Notes: a model not told the origin generated them from the letters alone. Positions 16,917 to 29,298 are shown, numbered from the stretch's first letter. The stretch: DNA of 64,000 bases from an uncultured delta proteobacterium (GCA_963796685.1 CAWCMR010000025.1:1568001-1632000), one strand, 5' to 3'. Made by a program: numbers and translations.

Positions 16917-18563
16917 CTAGCCCGTCTGACGCCGATTCCGAATCGCGGCCTCGACCCTGGCGAAGTCGGCGGCGGATCCGGGGATGGCGGCCGCGCCGCG
17001 GGCGAGCAGGGCACAGGCCTCGTCGGGCCGACCCGCTTCGGCCAGCACCACGGCAAAGTCGTGGTAGGGCTCATACCAGCCAGGCGCAAGCGCGATGGCG
17101 CGCTCGACGGCGGCGCTGCCTTCCGCGAACCTCCCTTGCCGGGCCAAGGACAAACCAAGGCCGCTGTGGGCAAAGGCGTGATCCGGTTTCAACGCAAGGG
17201 CGCGGCGGTTGTAGCCTTCGGCGCCCACGTAGTCGCGCAGAAAAAAGCACACGAAGCCCAGCAGATCGATGACGGCGAGATCCTCGGGTGCCAGCGCGAG
17301 CGCGCGCAAGAGCAGGCTGTGCGCTTCCTCCAAGCCTCGCCCGCTCGCCAATTCGCGTGCCCTGGCAAGCAACGCGGGGACGTCTGCCGGCTGCTCGGCA
17401 GGGGAGAGTGGAGTGACGGGCTCGACCTTGCCGCCGAAAAACTCCAGCTCGGGCTGGGTTGGCTCTTCGGTGAGCAAATCGAAACGGCCTTGCCGCACGG
17501 CCTGGTAGTAAAAGCAGAAGGGATTGCCCTCGCCGCCGTCACCCTTGTGGCAGTGGACCGTCCACGTGCAGCCGCCGCGACAGAAATCGCGGTAGCGGCA
17601 CACGCGGCAGAATCCCGTCAGCTGGCTCTCATTCCACTTGCGGTTGTAGGCGAAGGCGTCGTCGGATTGCCAAATCTCGGCCAGCGGTTTGTCGCGCAGG
17701 TTGCCTTCGACGAAGCGAGTCTCACCGTGCATGGACGAGGGCAGGGACAGGCAGCCCTTCACGTTGCCGCTCGACTCGATGCCGACCACCTGGCAGCCGG
17801 CGCGGCACCCAATCCAGAAGGGCAGCTCGCCGCCGTCGTCGCGCAGCCCCGGCTCGGGCTTGCCGTAATAGCCGATGTCGTCGGCCGCCACGGCGAAGAA
17901 CGTGCGCGTGTTGAGGCGGCAGATGGCGGCCAGCTCGGGAACCAGCCACACCAGATCCGCTGGGTCCACCACCAAATCGCGGTGCAGCCCCATGTTTCCC
18001 GAGGCCGTCGCCAGCTGCACTTGCATCGAGAAGACGCCCCGCTCGACGAGGAAGTCGCGCAGCGGGCGCAGGACGTGCTGGTTGAGCTTGTTGACCGTCG
18101 TGTTGACGGCGACGGGCAGGCCGCCGGCCACGCAGGCATCGATGGCCGCGAGCACGCGCTCGAACGAGCCGGGCTGGCGGAATTCATCGTGCTCGCGCTC
18201 GAAGCCATCCAGGCTGAAGGCCGCGCCGCACAGGCCGGCCGCCTTGGCCCGCTCGACGTGGGCCTGGGTCCAGTGCCAGCCGTTCGAGATGAGGTTGACC
18301 TTGATGCAATGATCGGCCAGGCGCTTGCCGATGCGATCCCAATCCGGGTTGAGCGTGGGCTCGCCACCACTCAGGGTCACGCGCCGACAGCCGAGCGCCG
18401 CCAGTTGGTCCGCGACGCCGAGGTTCTCCTCCAGGCTCATCTCGTCGTCGCGCCGGCTGCCCGCAAACGACCCGCAGTGCTTGCAGCGCAGGTTGCACGC
18501 AAGCGTCAGCTCCCAGACGCACGCCCGCGGCGTAAAGCCGACCTGCTTGAGGATCTCGAGCAT
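16917..18563 (-). CDS. Radical SAM/SPASM protein with C-terminal TPR domain
   Basis: WELTLACNLRCKHCGS (CxxxCxxC), SGGEP, SPASM cysteines GCRAG..VKGC..FCRVCRYRDFCRGGC..NPFC, then three to four TPRs. Confidence 0.92.
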   Translation of the reverse strand: MLEILKQVGFTPRACVWELTLACNLRCKHCGSFAGSRRDDEMSLEENLGVADQLAALGCRRVTLSGGEPTLNPDWDRIGKRLADHCIKVNLISNGWHWTQAHVERAKAAGLCGAAFSLDGFEREHDEFRQPGSFERVLAAIDACVAGGLPVAVNTTVNKLNQHVLRPLRDFLVERGVFSMQVQLATASGNMGLHRDLVVDPADLVWLVPELAAICRLNTRTFFAVAADDIGYYGKPEPGLRDDGGELPFWIGCRAGCQVVGIESSGNVKGCLSLPSSMHGETRFVEGNLRDKPLAEIWQSDDAFAYNRKWNESQLTGFCRVCRYRDFCRGGCTWTVHCHKGDGGEGNPFCFYYQAVRQGRFDLLTEEPTQPELEFFGGKVEPVTPLSPAEQPADVPALLARARELASGRGLEEAHSLLLRALALAPEDLAVIDLLGFVCFFLRDYVGAEGYNRRALALKPDHAFAHSGLGLSLARQGRFAEGSAAVERAIALAPGWYEPYHDFAVVLAEAGRPDEACALLARGAAAIPGSAADFARVEAAIRNRRQTG

Positions 18564-18677
18564 GCGCCGATTCTAGCCTAGGAACGCGGCACCGGGAGCT
18601 GCGCCAGGTACAGCGTCGAAAAATTCCAAACATTCTCGGGCCTGTCGGCCGCCTTGCCATCGAAACCAATCACGGGT

Positions 18678-18706
18678 CTAAAGTTTTCCGCGGGCGAGGA
18701 CGATGA
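18678..18706 (+). promoter_or_regulatory. Putative sigma-28 (FliA/SigD) promoter of the che operon
   Basis: CTAAAGTTT..GACGATGA: TAAA, 16-bp spacer, 6/8 match to GCCGATAA; ~140 bp upstream of cheA. Confidence 0.55.
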
Positions 18707-18847
18707 CTCACAAGCCGGTCGTGGCATACGGCCCGGCGGAATTGGGGATACACGCTTGATTTTCTGGACCAGGGGAGTTGGCAGCATGAACGCACGCGGC
18801 GCCGATGGGTGCGGTGCGAACAGCGCCACGAGCGTGGGGGGGTTGTG

Positions 18848-21052
18848 ATGGACGGTTGCAGGCTCAAGCAGAACGTCGAGGAGCTGGCCGGCGCCATCGT
18901 GGCGGCCGAAGCCGACGACGTCGAATCGGTGGCCTTGGTCAGGCGCTTGCTCGACGAGTGTGAGCAGGCCGCCAAGGCACAGGAGCTCGTCGAGCCGGTC
19001 TCGGAAGCGCTGGGCGATCTTCTGACCTTGGGGCGGGCCCTTGCCGGCCAGCCCAGCGCGGCCGATCTCAAGCACGTGGCCGAGGGCGTGGACGAGGTGC
19101 AGAAACAACTCGCCCGTTGCCACGCAGCGCGGGCAGCATCGTGCAAATTCAACCAGGCGAATCTCAAACAGATCGGCTCGGCTGCCAGCCAGCCCCAACC
19201 CCAGTCCTTCGCCGCCGCCAAGCAGCGCGACGCGGATACCATCGCGCTCATCGGCGAATTTCTTTCCGAGAGCGAGGAAGGCCTGTCGCGCGCCGATCAG
19301 ATCCTGATGACCGTCGAGGGCACCGCGGCCAGCGCCGACTCCATCAACGGTCTGTTCCGCGTGTTCCACACCATCAAAGGCGTGGCCGGCTTCCTGGAGC
19401 TGTTCGACATTCAGTCGCTGGCGCACACCACCGAATCGCTGCTCAACGGCTGCCGCGAGGGACTCTACCCGCTCATCGGCGCGCGCCTGGATCTGGTCTT
19501 CGACGCCACGGCCATGATGCGCAAGATCCTGGGCGAGCTGGCCGCGGCCGTGGAAGCGAGCCGCGAGTTCATGACCGCGGAGGACATCCCCACCTTGGTG
19601 GCGCGCCTGCAGGCCGCGCTCGAACCGACCTTCGAAGGCGGAGCGCACAAGGCCGAAGAGCGGGATGAGATGGAGTCCCTGACGGAAGAGGTTCGTCTGC
19701 CTGGGCCGTCGCCTCCACCCGAGGAGGTTCGCGAAGAGTCCTTTCAGAACGCCGCTGAAGCCACCGCGGCGGCCCCTGCGGCGAACAAGGCGCCGGGCAG
19801 TGAAGGCGGTGGGGATCCGAAGTTACGCGCGACCATCAAAGTCGACTTGGAGCGAGTGGATCGCTTGGTCGAGATGATCGGCGAGCTGGTAGTGGTGGAG
19901 GCCATGGTGGTGGGCGCACCCGAGATCGCACACTCGGCCTCGGCGCGCGTGCGCAATTGCCTGTCTCAGCTCGAGAAGGTCACGCACGACTTGCAGGACG
20001 TGGGCATGCGCATGCGCATGCTGCCCGTCTCCGGCGTGTTCCAGAAGATGGCGCGCATGGCGCGGGACGTGGGACGCAAGGCGGGCAAGCAGGTTCGCGT
20101 GGTGCTGTCGGGCGAGCAGACCGAAATGGATCGCAGCATGGTCGAGCAGATCTCGGATCCCCTCGTACACATGATCCGCAACTCCATCGACCACGGCATC
20201 GAGCCACCGGACTTGCGGCGCAAAGTCGGCAAGCCCGAGGAAGGCAAGGTCCGCCTATCGGCCAGCCACGAGGGCGGCCATGTGGTCATCGAGATCGCCG
20301 ATGATGGGCGCGGGCTCAACCGCGAGGCAATCTTGAAGAAGGCTATTGCCCAGGGCCTGATCAGCGCCACGGACGCCTTGCCCGAGGACGAGATCAATGC
20401 GCTCATCTTCGCGCCGGGCTTTTCGACCGCCGAAAAGGTGACCGACATCTCGGGCCGTGGCGTGGGCATGGACGTGGTTCGGCGGAACATCGATGCCATG
20501 CGAGGGCGGGTAACCATCAAGTCCGTTCCCGGCCAAGGCACGACCTTCAAGATCACCTTGCCACTGACCCTGGCCATCATCGACGGCATGCTCGTGGCGT
20601 GCGGGAAAGAGCGCTACATCATCCCCACGCTCTCGATCATCGAGTCGATTCAACCCGAGGCCTCGATGCTGGTGACCCAAGGGGCGAGCAACGAGATGCT
20701 CAACATGCGGGGCAACATCCTGCCGCTTTTGCGCATGGATCGCCTGCTCGGTGCCAGCGGCGCGATTCAGGATCCGAGCAAGGGGCTGGTGGTCATCATC
20801 GAAGGCTCGGGCCGCCGCGTGGGATTGCTGGTCGACGAGGTGATCGCGCAGCAGCAGGTGGTGATCAAGAGCATGGGCGAGGGCGTGGGTGACGTCCCCT
20901 TCGTGTCGGGCGCGGCGATTCTTTCCGACGGACGCGTGGGACTCATCGTCAACGTGGAAGGGATCGTTTCATTGATTGTGGAAAAGAGGCACCGGGGCAT
21001 TGCCGGCGAGGGATCGCCTGCGTCCGCCAGTGCCGCGAGCGGAGCGAGATGA
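18848..21052 (+). CDS. cheA: Chemotaxis histidine kinase CheA
   Basis: HPt LFRVFHTIKGVAG, KVDLERVDRLVEMIGELV, HMIRNSIDHGIE, DDGRGL, FAPGFST, SGRGVGMDVV, C-terminal CheW domain. Confidence 0.97.
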   Translation: MDGCRLKQNVEELAGAIVAAEADDVESVALVRRLLDECEQAAKAQELVEPVSEALGDLLTLGRALAGQPSAADLKHVAEGVDEVQKQLARCHAARAASCKFNQANLKQIGSAASQPQPQSFAAAKQRDADTIALIGEFLSESEEGLSRADQILMTVEGTAASADSINGLFRVFHTIKGVAGFLELFDIQSLAHTTESLLNGCREGLYPLIGARLDLVFDATAMMRKILGELAAAVEASREFMTAEDIPTLVARLQAALEPTFEGGAHKAEERDEMESLTEEVRLPGPSPPPEEVREESFQNAAEATAAAPAANKAPGSEGGGDPKLRATIKVDLERVDRLVEMIGELVVVEAMVVGAPEIAHSASARVRNCLSQLEKVTHDLQDVGMRMRMLPVSGVFQKMARMARDVGRKAGKQVRVVLSGEQTEMDRSMVEQISDPLVHMIRNSIDHGIEPPDLRRKVGKPEEGKVRLSASHEGGHVVIEIADDGRGLNREAILKKAIAQGLISATDALPEDEINALIFAPGFSTAEKVTDISGRGVGMDVVRRNIDAMRGRVTIKSVPGQGTTFKITLPLTLAIIDGMLVACGKERYIIPTLSIIESIQPEASMLVTQGASNEMLNMRGNILPLLRMDRLLGASGAIQDPSKGLVVIIEGSGRRVGLLVDEVIAQQQVVIKSMGEGVGDVPFVSGAAILSDGRVGLIVNVEGIVSLIVEKRHRGIAGEGSPASASAASGAR

Positions 21053-21073
21053 GACCGAGAAGGAGGCACGAGC

Positions 21074-21616
21074 GTGAATAGCCAAAGCGAAAACCAAGAA
21101 CGAACGTTGATCGAGGGAGCGGTGGCGGTGGGCGAGCAACTTGCCGGCAAGTACATGACCTTCAAGCTGGCCAACGAGGAATATGGCCTGGAGATCTTGA
21201 AGGTCCGGGAAATCATCGGGCTCATGGACATCACCCGCGTCCCTTGCACGCAGGAGTTCATGAGCGGGGTCATCAACCTGCGTGGCAAGGTGATCCCGGT
21301 CATCGACCTGCGCCTCAAGTTCGGCATGGAGCGCTGCCAGGTCACGGATCAGACCGTGATCATCGTGGTGCAATACAGCCTGCACGGCCGCAACATGACC
21401 ATGGGGCTACTGGTCGACCAGGTGCTGGAAGTGCTGTCCATCGAGGCCGCGGCCATCGAGCCGCCGCCGGAGTTCGGCAGCAGCACCCTGCGCAGCGACT
21501 TCATCCTGGGCATCGGCAAGGCCGAAAAGCGGGTGATCTTCCTGCTCGACATCGGACGCATTTTGAACGCCGAGGAAGCGGGCGCCGTGGCCGAGGCCAC
21601 GAAGGCGAGCTACTAG
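21074..21616 (+). CDS. cheW: Chemotaxis coupling protein CheW
   Basis: YMTFKLANEEYGLEILKVREII..GVINLRGKVIPVIDLR..GLLVDQV. Confidence 0.97.
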   Translation: MNSQSENQERTLIEGAVAVGEQLAGKYMTFKLANEEYGLEILKVREIIGLMDITRVPCTQEFMSGVINLRGKVIPVIDLRLKFGMERCQVTDQTVIIVVQYSLHGRNMTMGLLVDQVLEVLSIEAAAIEPPPEFGSSTLRSDFILGIGKAEKRVIFLLDIGRILNAEEAGAVAEATKASY

Positions 21617-21655
21617 GTTTGGGCTATCGAGGACTTTGGAAAGGAAAGAAGGACC

Positions 21656-24600
21656 ATGTTCAAGAATATGAAAATGACAAGTTTGGTGGCGTTGGCGTTG
21701 TCGGCCATGGTGGCGTTGATTGTGGTGTTGGGGGTCTCGGCGTCGCGCTCCATGAGAGCGGCCGACGACTCGGACACGATCATGTATGAACAGAATGCGG
21801 TGGGGTTGAAGGAAGTGGGCAACGCACAGGCCAACTTCTATCGAGCCTGGACATTTGTTTCCGAGGGTCTCGCCTTGACCGATCCCAAGGAACAGCAGGC
21901 GAGCTTCGAGACTTCCGAGAAGATTCTCGGTGATTCGGAGGTTGCCTTCGGGCGGTTGGACAAGTCTATGAAGGTGGAAGCAGTTCGCGCGGTCCTGGCC
22001 GAGGTCAAACCTTTCTTTGACAAGGGTGCGAGCGAGCTCAAGCAAATCATTGCCGACGGGCGCCGTGGACAAGTGAAGGCCATCCTCACGGAGCTGAATG
22101 AGGGTCAGGTACGGAAAGACCGCAAGGAAGTGGTGGCGTCTTTGGACAAATTGGCCAAAGTGCTTGATGAGAGGGCCAGCAAGCGGTCGGATGACAATTC
22201 CGCCGATGCGAACGCGAACATCCGCCTGAACTGGATCATGCTGGTGGGCGCGGTGTTGCTCGCCGCCATGATGGGGTTCCTGCTCTACCGCCGCATGAGC
22301 GCGCTATTCCGTCAGCTCAGCGGCGAAACCGAACGGTTGGCCACGGCATCCGTGGAAGGCAAGCTGCAAACGCGGGCCGATTCCGCGGACGCCTATTTGG
22401 AGTGCAAGCCCGTCATGGAAGGTTTCAATCGTGTCCTGGACGCGGTCATCGCCCCGCTCAACGTGACGGCGAAGTACGTGGACAGCATCTCGAAGGGCGA
22501 GATCCCCGAGAAGATCACCGACACGTACAACGGTGATTTCAATACCATCAAGACCAATCTCAATGCCTGCATCGACCAGCTCAACACCCTCATTCGCGAG
22601 ATGAATCGCATGAGCTCCGAGCACGACAAGGGGGACATCGACGTCACCATCCCGACGGACAAGTTCCATGGTGCGTACCAGACCATGGCCACGGGCGTGA
22701 ACACCATGGTGATGGGTCACATCGCGGTCAAAAAGAAGGCGATGGCTTGCCTCGCCGAGTTTGGCAAGGGCAACTTCGAAGCCACCCTGGAGAAGTTCCC
22801 AGGCAAGAAGGCCTTCATCAACGACACCATCGAGCAGGTGCGGGTCAACTTGAAGGCGCTTATCACAGACGCCAACATGCTGTCTCGGGCATCGGTGGAA
22901 GGCAAGCTGGCCACGCGCGCCGATGCCTCCAAGCACCAGGGCGACTTCCGCAAGATCATCCAAGGTGTGAACGACTCACTTGATGCGATCATTGGGCCGC
23001 TCAACGTGTCGGCCAAGTACGTGGACCAAATCTCGAAGGGCGACATCCCGGCGAAGATTACGGACACCTACAATGGCGACTTCAACCTCATCAAGAACAA
23101 CCTCAACCAGTGCATCGATGCGGTGAATACGCTGGTTGCGGATGCGGCGATGTTGTCCAAGGCGGCCGTGGAAGGCAAGTTGGCCACGCGAGCCGACGCC
23201 TCGAAGCACTATGGCGACTACCGCAAGATCGTCCAGGGCGTGAACGACACGCTGGACGCGGTCATCGGGCCGCTCAATGTGTCGGCAAAGTACGTCGACC
23301 AGATCTCGAAGGGCAATATCCCGGCGAAGATCACCGATACGTACAACGGCGACTTCAACCTCATCAAGAACAACCTCAACCAGTGCATCGATGCGGTGAA
23401 TACGCTGGTCGCGGATGCGGCCATGCTGGCCAAGGCAGCCGTGGATGGGAAGCTGGCCACGCGGGCCGATGCTTCCAAGCACAATGGCGATTACCGCAAG
23501 GTCGTGCAGGGCGTGAACGACACCTTGGACGCGGTCATCGGACCGCTCAACGTGACGGCGAAGTACGTGGACCAGATCTCGAAGGGTGAGATCCCGCCCA
23601 AGATTACCGACAACTACAGTGGAGATTTCAACGTCATCAAGAGCAACCTCAACCAGTGCATCGAGGCGGTGAACCTGATGGTTTCCGACGCGGTCATGCT
23701 GGTCAAAGCCTCGGTCGAGGGCAAGCTGTCGACGCGGGCCGATGCTTCGAAGCACCAGGGCGACTACCGCAAGATCGTGCAAGGCGTGAACGACATGCTC
23801 GATGCCGTGCTCGAACCCATCAACGAAGCGGCCCAGATCCTGGAGAAGCTGTCGCAGCGCGATCTTCGCGCTCGGGTGAAGGGCAACTACCAGGGCGACC
23901 ACGCCAAGATCAAGGAATCGCTCAATGCCACGGGCGAAGCCCTGCACGACGCCATGTTGCGGGTCGCGGTGGCCGTGGATCAGGTGTCCTCGGCGTCCGG
24001 GCAGATCGCCTCGTCCAGCCAGAGCGTGGCCGACGGTGCCTCGCAACAGGCCAGTGCCCTCGAAGAAACCTCGTCCAGCCTGGAATCCATGAGCGCCATG
24101 ACCAAGCGGTCGGCCGACAACGCGCAGCAGGCCAACGGCCTGGCCCAGACGGCCAAGGGCGCGGCCACCGAGGGCGCGTCGGCGATGGAGCAAATGGGAA
24201 CGGCCATGACCAAGATCAGGGCGTCCGCCGAAGGGACGTCGCAGATCATCAAGGACATCAACGAAATCGCGTTCCAGACCAACTTGCTCGCCTTGAACGC
24301 CGCGGTCGAGGCGGCGCGCGCTGGCGAGGCGGGCCGCGGGTTCGCCGTGGTCGCGGAAGAGGTGCGCAGCCTGGCCTTGCGCTCCAAGGAAGCGGCCATG
24401 AAGACCGAGGTGCTGATCAAGGAATCCGTGCGCCAAGCCGAGGAGGGCGAGGTCACGGCCAAGGGTGTGTCGTCGAAGCTGGGCGAGATCGTCACAGGCG
24501 TCACCAAGGTCACCGACATCGTGGCCGAGATCTCGGCCTCGGCGAAGGAACAATCGGGCGGTATCGACCAGGTCAACCGCGCGGTCACTGAAATGAACAA

Positions 24601-24895
24601 GGTCACGCAACAGAACGCGGCGAACTCCGAGGAGTCGTCCTCGGCCGCCGCCGAGCTGTCGAGCCAATCCGAAGAGCTGGCCGCCATGATCGGCGCCTTC
24701 CAGCTCGCCCGCCAGACCAGCAGCGCCGGCAGTCACCTGTCCGCCAAGGTGGACAAGCGGTTGCCGCCGGTGTCGCGCGGTCAGCAACACGCGACGGGCA
24801 AGAACGGCAAGAACGGCGGCAATGGCAAGTCGTCGCTCAGGCCCGAGGACGTCATTCCGCTCGAAGAAGAAGCCGCCGCCTTCAAGGATTTCTAA
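21656..24895 (+). CDS. Methyl-accepting chemotaxis protein with 4-helix-bundle sensor and poly-HAMP array
   Basis: Two TMs flanking a periplasmic domain; repeated 91-aa HAMP-pair units; signalling tip [34 protein letters not shown]. Confidence 0.96.
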   Translation: MFKNMKMTSLVALALSAMVALIVVLGVSASRSMRAADDSDTIMYEQNAVGLKEVGNAQANFYRAWTFVSEGLALTDPKEQQASFETSEKILGDSEVAFGRLDKSMKVEAVRAVLAEVKPFFDKGASELKQIIADGRRGQVKAILTELNEGQVRKDRKEVVASLDKLAKVLDERASKRSDDNSADANANIRLNWIMLVGAVLLAAMMGFLLYRRMSALFRQLSGETERLATASVEGKLQTRADSADAYLECKPVMEGFNRVLDAVIAPLNVTAKYVDSISKGEIPEKITDTYNGDFNTIKTNLNACIDQLNTLIREMNRMSSEHDKGDIDVTIPTDKFHGAYQTMATGVNTMVMGHIAVKKKAMACLAEFGKGNFEATLEKFPGKKAFINDTIEQVRVNLKALITDANMLSRASVEGKLATRADASKHQGDFRKIIQGVNDSLDAIIGPLNVSAKYVDQISKGDIPAKITDTYNGDFNLIKNNLNQCIDAVNTLVADAAMLSKAAVEGKLATRADASKHYGDYRKIVQGVNDTLDAVIGPLNVSAKYVDQISKGNIPAKITDTYNGDFNLIKNNLNQCIDAVNTLVADAAMLAKAAVDGKLATRADASKHNGDYRKVVQGVNDTLDAVIGPLNVTAKYVDQISKGEIPPKITDNYSGDFNVIKSNLNQCIEAVNLMVSDAVMLVKASVEGKLSTRADASKHQGDYRKIVQGVNDMLDAVLEPINEAAQILEKLSQRDLRARVKGNYQGDHAKIKESLNATGEALHDAMLRVAVAVDQVSSASGQIASSSQSVADGASQQASALEETSSSLESMSAMTKRSADNAQQANGLAQTAKGAATEGASAMEQMGTAMTKIRASAEGTSQIIKDINEIAFQTNLLALNAAVEAARAGEAGRGFAVVAEEVRSLALRSKEAAMKTEVLIKESVRQAEEGEVTAKGVSSKLGEIVTGVTKVTDIVAEISASAKEQSGGIDQVNRAVTEMNKVTQQNAANSEESSSAAAELSSQSEELAAMIGAFQLARQTSSAGSHLSAKVDKRLPPVSRGQQHATGKNGKNGGNGKSSLRPEDVIPLEEEAAAFKDF

Positions 24896-24908
24896 CCTTC
24901 TCGTCGCT

Positions 24909-24972
24909 GGGCGGGTTTGAAACCCGCCCCTACGTCCCTGGCCTATGGGGCGGGTTTGAAACCCGCCCCTAC
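24909..24972. repeat. Two tandem GTAG-type REPs (gggcgggtttgaaacccgcccctac)
   Basis: Identical 25-bp palindromes at 24909 and 24948; third copy at 53654; the reverse complement starts with GTAG. Confidence 0.85.
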
Positions 24973-25023
24973 GAAGCCCGCCGTAATCATGTCGTATTCA
25001 AACCGTTCGGTGCTCTAGCTTCG

Positions 25024-25845
25024 ATGGAAACCTCGATCTTCCGCCGCTTCTGCTCCATCGCCTATGAAAAGGCGGGCATCACCCTGGGCGACAGCAAGGA
25101 GGCGCTGGTCGAGGCGCGGGTGGGAAAGCGCATGCGCGCGCTGGGCTTGGCCAGCGAGAAGGAGTACCTGATCCTTCTCGAAAAAGATCCCGGCGGCGAG
25201 GAGATCGTTCAGTTCCTCGACGTCATTTCCACCAACCACACGTCGTTCTTTCGCGAGCCCGACCATTTCGAATTTCTGCGCTCGGTTCTCGCCGACTGGC
25301 GGCGGGAGGGAATGCGCAAGCTGCGGGTTTGGTCCGCGGCCTCCTCGACCGGCGAAGAGCCCTTCACCATCGCCTTCACCATCGCCGATGCCCTGGAAGG
25401 CGCCGACCTCGACTGGCGCATTCTGGCCACCGACATCTCCACCAAGGTCTTGGCCAAGGCCGAGGCCGGGATCTTCGTCGACAGCAAGCTGACGGGACTG
25501 GCGCGCGGGGAAATGAACCGCTTCTTCGAACGCGGACCAGGCAAGGACGAGCACACGGTGCGGCCGGCGATGCGGACCAAGATCGCCTTTCGGCGTCTCA
25601 ACCTCATCACGCCGCCGTATCCCATGCGCGGCCCCTTCGACATCATCTTCTGCCGCAACGTCATGATCTACTTCGACCAGGCGGTGCGACAGAAGGTGAT
25701 CTCGGGTATGGAGCACTTGTTGCGGCCGGGCGGCTATTTGCTCATCGGTCATGCCGAGGCGCTCTCCGGTGTCCGCACCGGGCTGCGCATGATCCGGCCG
25801 TCGATCTTCCTGCAATCCGACGCGGCGCTGGAGGTTGCCTTGTGA
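25024..25845 (+). CDS. cheR: Chemotaxis methyltransferase CheR
   Basis: STNHTSFFREPDHF, RVWSAASSTGEEP, ILATDIS, FDIIFCRNVMIYFD, GHAE. Confidence 0.96.
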   Translation: METSIFRRFCSIAYEKAGITLGDSKEALVEARVGKRMRALGLASEKEYLILLEKDPGGEEIVQFLDVISTNHTSFFREPDHFEFLRSVLADWRREGMRKLRVWSAASSTGEEPFTIAFTIADALEGADLDWRILATDISTKVLAKAEAGIFVDSKLTGLARGEMNRFFERGPGKDEHTVRPAMRTKIAFRRLNLITPPYPMRGPFDIIFCRNVMIYFDQAVRQKVISGMEHLLRPGGYLLIGHAEALSGVRTGLRMIRPSIFLQSDAALEVAL

Positions 25846-26321
25846 GTCTGGTGACGGTGGACATCGCCGATCTCAAGGTCAGCGCCGATCCTGACGCTGT
25901 TCTGGTTACCTATGCCTTGGGCTCGTGCATCGCCGTGATCGTCTACGATCCCGTGCGCAAGGCGGGAGGCATGATCCATTACATGCTGCCGATGAGCGAG
26001 ACGTCGCCAGAAAAGGCAAGAGAGCGACCAGCCATGTTCGCGGACACCGGGATTCCACTGTTGTTTCACTCCATGTACGAAATGGGCTGCAAGAAGACCG
26101 ACCTCGTGGTCAAGGCCGCCGGGGGCGGCGCGCTCTACGACGACCACGGGCATTTCGCCATCGGTCAGCGCAACTACACCATTCTACGCAAGATGTTTTG
26201 GAAGGCAGGGGTCATGATTGCCGCCGAGGACGTGGGCGGGGCCAAATCGCGTACGGCGCGGCTCTTCGTCGCCACCGGCCGTTGCACCATCAATTCCGTC
26301 GGCGAGGAGACAGAGCTGTGA
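25842..26321 (+). CDS. cheD: Chemoreceptor glutamine deamidase CheD
   Basis: GTGA overlap; LVTYALGSCIAV..GGMIHYMLP..FAD..IGQRN..EDVGG. Confidence 0.95.
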   Translation: MSLVTVDIADLKVSADPDAVLVTYALGSCIAVIVYDPVRKAGGMIHYMLPMSETSPEKARERPAMFADTGIPLLFHSMYEMGCKKTDLVVKAAGGGALYDDHGHFAIGQRNYTILRKMFWKAGVMIAAEDVGGAKSRTARLFVATGRCTINSVGEETEL

Positions 26322-27190
26322 TTGAACGCATCGAAATACTGGCTGGAATTCAGAAACTGCCCGCCTTCTCACCGACGGTGGTGCGCTTGTCGTCGCTGGT
26401 CAGCGATCCCGAATCCGGACCGGGCGAGTTCGAGGCCGTGGTTCAACCCGACATGGCGCTGACCGCCAACCTTCTGCGCATGGCCAACTCTGCCTATTTC
26501 GGCCTGTCGCGGCGAATCGGCAGCGCGCGCGAGGCCATCACCCTGCTCGGTGTTCGTCGGGTCTTCGAGCTCGGCGCCATGGCCGCGGTGGACGCCGTCG
26601 TGCCCGACACCCTGCCCGGCTACGGCATCGATGCCAGCGTGTTCTGGTGCCATGCCGTGGCCGTGGCCGTCATCGCCGAACGCCTGGCCAAGGAGCGCAA
26701 GCTGGCCACGCCAACGCTGACCTTCACGGCTGGCCTGCTGCACGACGTGGGTAAGCTGGTGATCAGCAGCTTCCTCGCCGAGCACATCGAGGCTTTGCGA
26801 TCCGAGCTGGCGGCGGGTGGCATGTCGCTGGTCGCGTGCGAGCAGAGGTTGCTGGGAGCCGACCATGCCCAGATCGGCGCCGAGCTTGGCTTGGCGTGGA
26901 ATCTGCCCGAGGAGGTCGTGAAGGTCGTCGCGTCCCACCACGCGCCCGATGGGGTGAACCAGGGGCACGGGGATGTTCTGGTCGATCTCGTGCACGCGGC
27001 CGATTGTCTGTCCCATTCCATGGGCTTTGGCGCCGACGTGGGCGAGATGCACCGGCAGGTCGACGACGCGGCCATCGCGCGGCTCGGCCTGCGCCACATC
27101 GATCTGGAGCACGTCGCCAGCCGGGCCTTGCCCGAAATCGAGGGCTTGTCGCAGTTCGGACGTTCGCGAAGGAAAGGCACGGACGCATGA
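26318..27190 (+). CDS. HDOD domain protein
   Basis: LPAFSPTV..DMALTANLLRMANSAYFG..AITLLG..FWCHA..AGLLHDVGK..DHAQIG..WNLP. Confidence 0.92.
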   Translation: MIERIEILAGIQKLPAFSPTVVRLSSLVSDPESGPGEFEAVVQPDMALTANLLRMANSAYFGLSRRIGSAREAITLLGVRRVFELGAMAAVDAVVPDTLPGYGIDASVFWCHAVAVAVIAERLAKERKLATPTLTFTAGLLHDVGKLVISSFLAEHIEALRSELAAGGMSLVACEQRLLGADHAQIGAELGLAWNLPEEVVKVVASHHAPDGVNQGHGDVLVDLVHAADCLSHSMGFGADVGEMHRQVDDAAIARLGLRHIDLEHVASRALPEIEGLSQFGRSRRKGTDA

Positions 27191-27577
27191 GCTATCGCAT
27201 TTTGGTGGTGGACGACTCGCCGGTCTCCCGTCGCATGGTGTGCAGGGCCATCACCATGTCGGGTCTCGACGTGGGCGAGATCCTCGAGGCGAGCAACGGC
27301 CAGGAGGCGCTCGATCTCCTCGCCACATCGTGGGTGGACATCGTGCTGGCGGACATCAACATGCCGGTCATGAACGGGGCCGAGATGGTGAAGGAAATGG
27401 CCAAGCGCGATTTCATGCAGGTCACGCCCGTCATCATCATCTCGTCCGAGAAGAGCGAGAAGCGCATGGAGGAGATGCTCGGGCTTGGCGTGCACACCTA
27501 CCTCGGCAAACCGTTCCGGCCCGAACAGATCAAGCAAGTGGTGGGCGATATCTTGCGCGAACGCCAGGAGGCGGGTC

Positions 27578-27594
<17 letters not shown>
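27187..27594 (+). CDS. cheY: Single-domain response regulator (CheY-like)
   Basis: ILVVDDS..DINMPVMNG..IISSE..YLGKPF. Confidence 0.9.
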
Positions 27595-29298
<1,704 letters not shown>

